From Mustelus asterias (taxonomy: Eukaryota), in assembly GCF_964213995.1 (NCBI RefSeq), contig NC_135830.1:8804001-8868000 (forward strand): DNA of 64,000 bases. Direction: 5' to 3'. This document shows, piece by piece, positions 63,036 through 64,000 of this stretch. Below the pieces are notes generated by a model. That model saw only the letters and a list, made by a program, of their open reading frames with translations. It did no database searches and had not been told where the DNA came from. The position numbers and the translations under genes are program-made. Within the stretch, counting starts at the first letter, position 1. Each line of letters opens with the position of its first letter.

Positions 63036-64000
63036 ACTTAACCTGTATTATTCAGCAACGTACATCTAATCTATAATTCGTTGCACCTTAAATTTGGGGA
63101 GTTTCCGCAGAAGGGGATATGGTATTACATTTATGAATGTGAATTATTTGTACATTACTCTCATAAATCATACCTGACAGCGATATATTTACAGTAACTG
63201 TAATTGCAGAATTTTGCCAGCAGATGGAATTGGCACCTTGATGGTTTACATTACATGAAGAAGGCACTGCCTCAATAAATACTACACTGGACCCTAACTT
63301 TGCAGCTCTGCCACATGCAGTCCTGAATGGTGATGGACATTTAAACAAGTAACTGAAGCAGGAGCCTCAAACGAAACCCCCATTCTTAATGATGGGGGAG
63401 CTCTGCAAAAGGGAAAATAAACAAGACTGAAACAATTGCTACCATCTTCAGCCAGAAGATGTTCCATCTCGGCCTCTCCCTGATGCCCCGAACATCACAG
63501 ATGCCAGTCTCCAAGGAGGTCAACTCATTCAACATGATAACATGGAGGATAGGAATAGGAGTAGACCATTTAGCCCCTGGAGCCCGCTCCGCCATGCAAT
63601 ATTATCATGATTGATCTGTGGCCTAACCCTGTGCTGAAAGCATTGGCTACTGCAAAGATTATTGATCCTGACAATATTTCAGCAATAATAATAACGATTT
63701 GTGCTCTGGAGCTAGCTGAGCCTTCGCCAATCTATTCAAGTATAGCTATATCACGGTCACATACACAACAGTCTGAGAATTGGCAGACATGACCTGTTTC
63801 TGAAGGCAGGACAAACCCAACCCGACCAACTACCGCCCAATGCGTCCTCACTCGATCAACGTAATGGGAACTATGAAGGATCATCTAAAAAAGTAATAAT
63901 AATATAATAATAACAATGCTGCTACAACTACAAATACTAGTATTCTGCTCAATGACGCTCTGTTTGGGTCCCACTAGGGGAACTCAGTTCCAGAAATCAC

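Overview
Vertebrate (elasmobranch/shark-type) genomic DNA, not microbial. The main feature is one complete, unrearranged cluster-type IgM heavy-chain locus on the minus strand: promoter, leader, VH, D1, D2, JH, an 11.1-kb J-C intron containing an assembly gap, Cmu1-Cmu4 with secretory tail, TM1 and TM2. Its recombination signals (RSS) are intact in 23 / 12-22 / 12-12 / 23 configuration. At its 3' side (1-17 kb) is a small cluster of KRAB-less C2H2 zinc-finger genes: two intact ones diverging from a shared CpG/NRF1-motif region, plus one pseudogene. At its 5' side (39-64 kb) is a repeat-rich region in which I find an old tandem duplication of the VH plus about 8 kb of upstream flank. That duplication left a decayed second VH pseudogene at about 52.9-53.4 kb that the ORF track misses. 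Other observations: a sense-strand G-rich ~20-bp tandem array dense in AID hotspot motifs about 1 kb upstream of Cmu1 (switch-region-like); Penelope-type relics carrying minimal, dimer-type hammerhead ribozyme cores; a Tx1-type LINE fragment with a perfect 15-bp target-site duplication (TSD) in a microsatellite; and many CR1 LINE and tRNA-derived SINE copies. All alignments were done by eye, and repeat boundaries are approximate.
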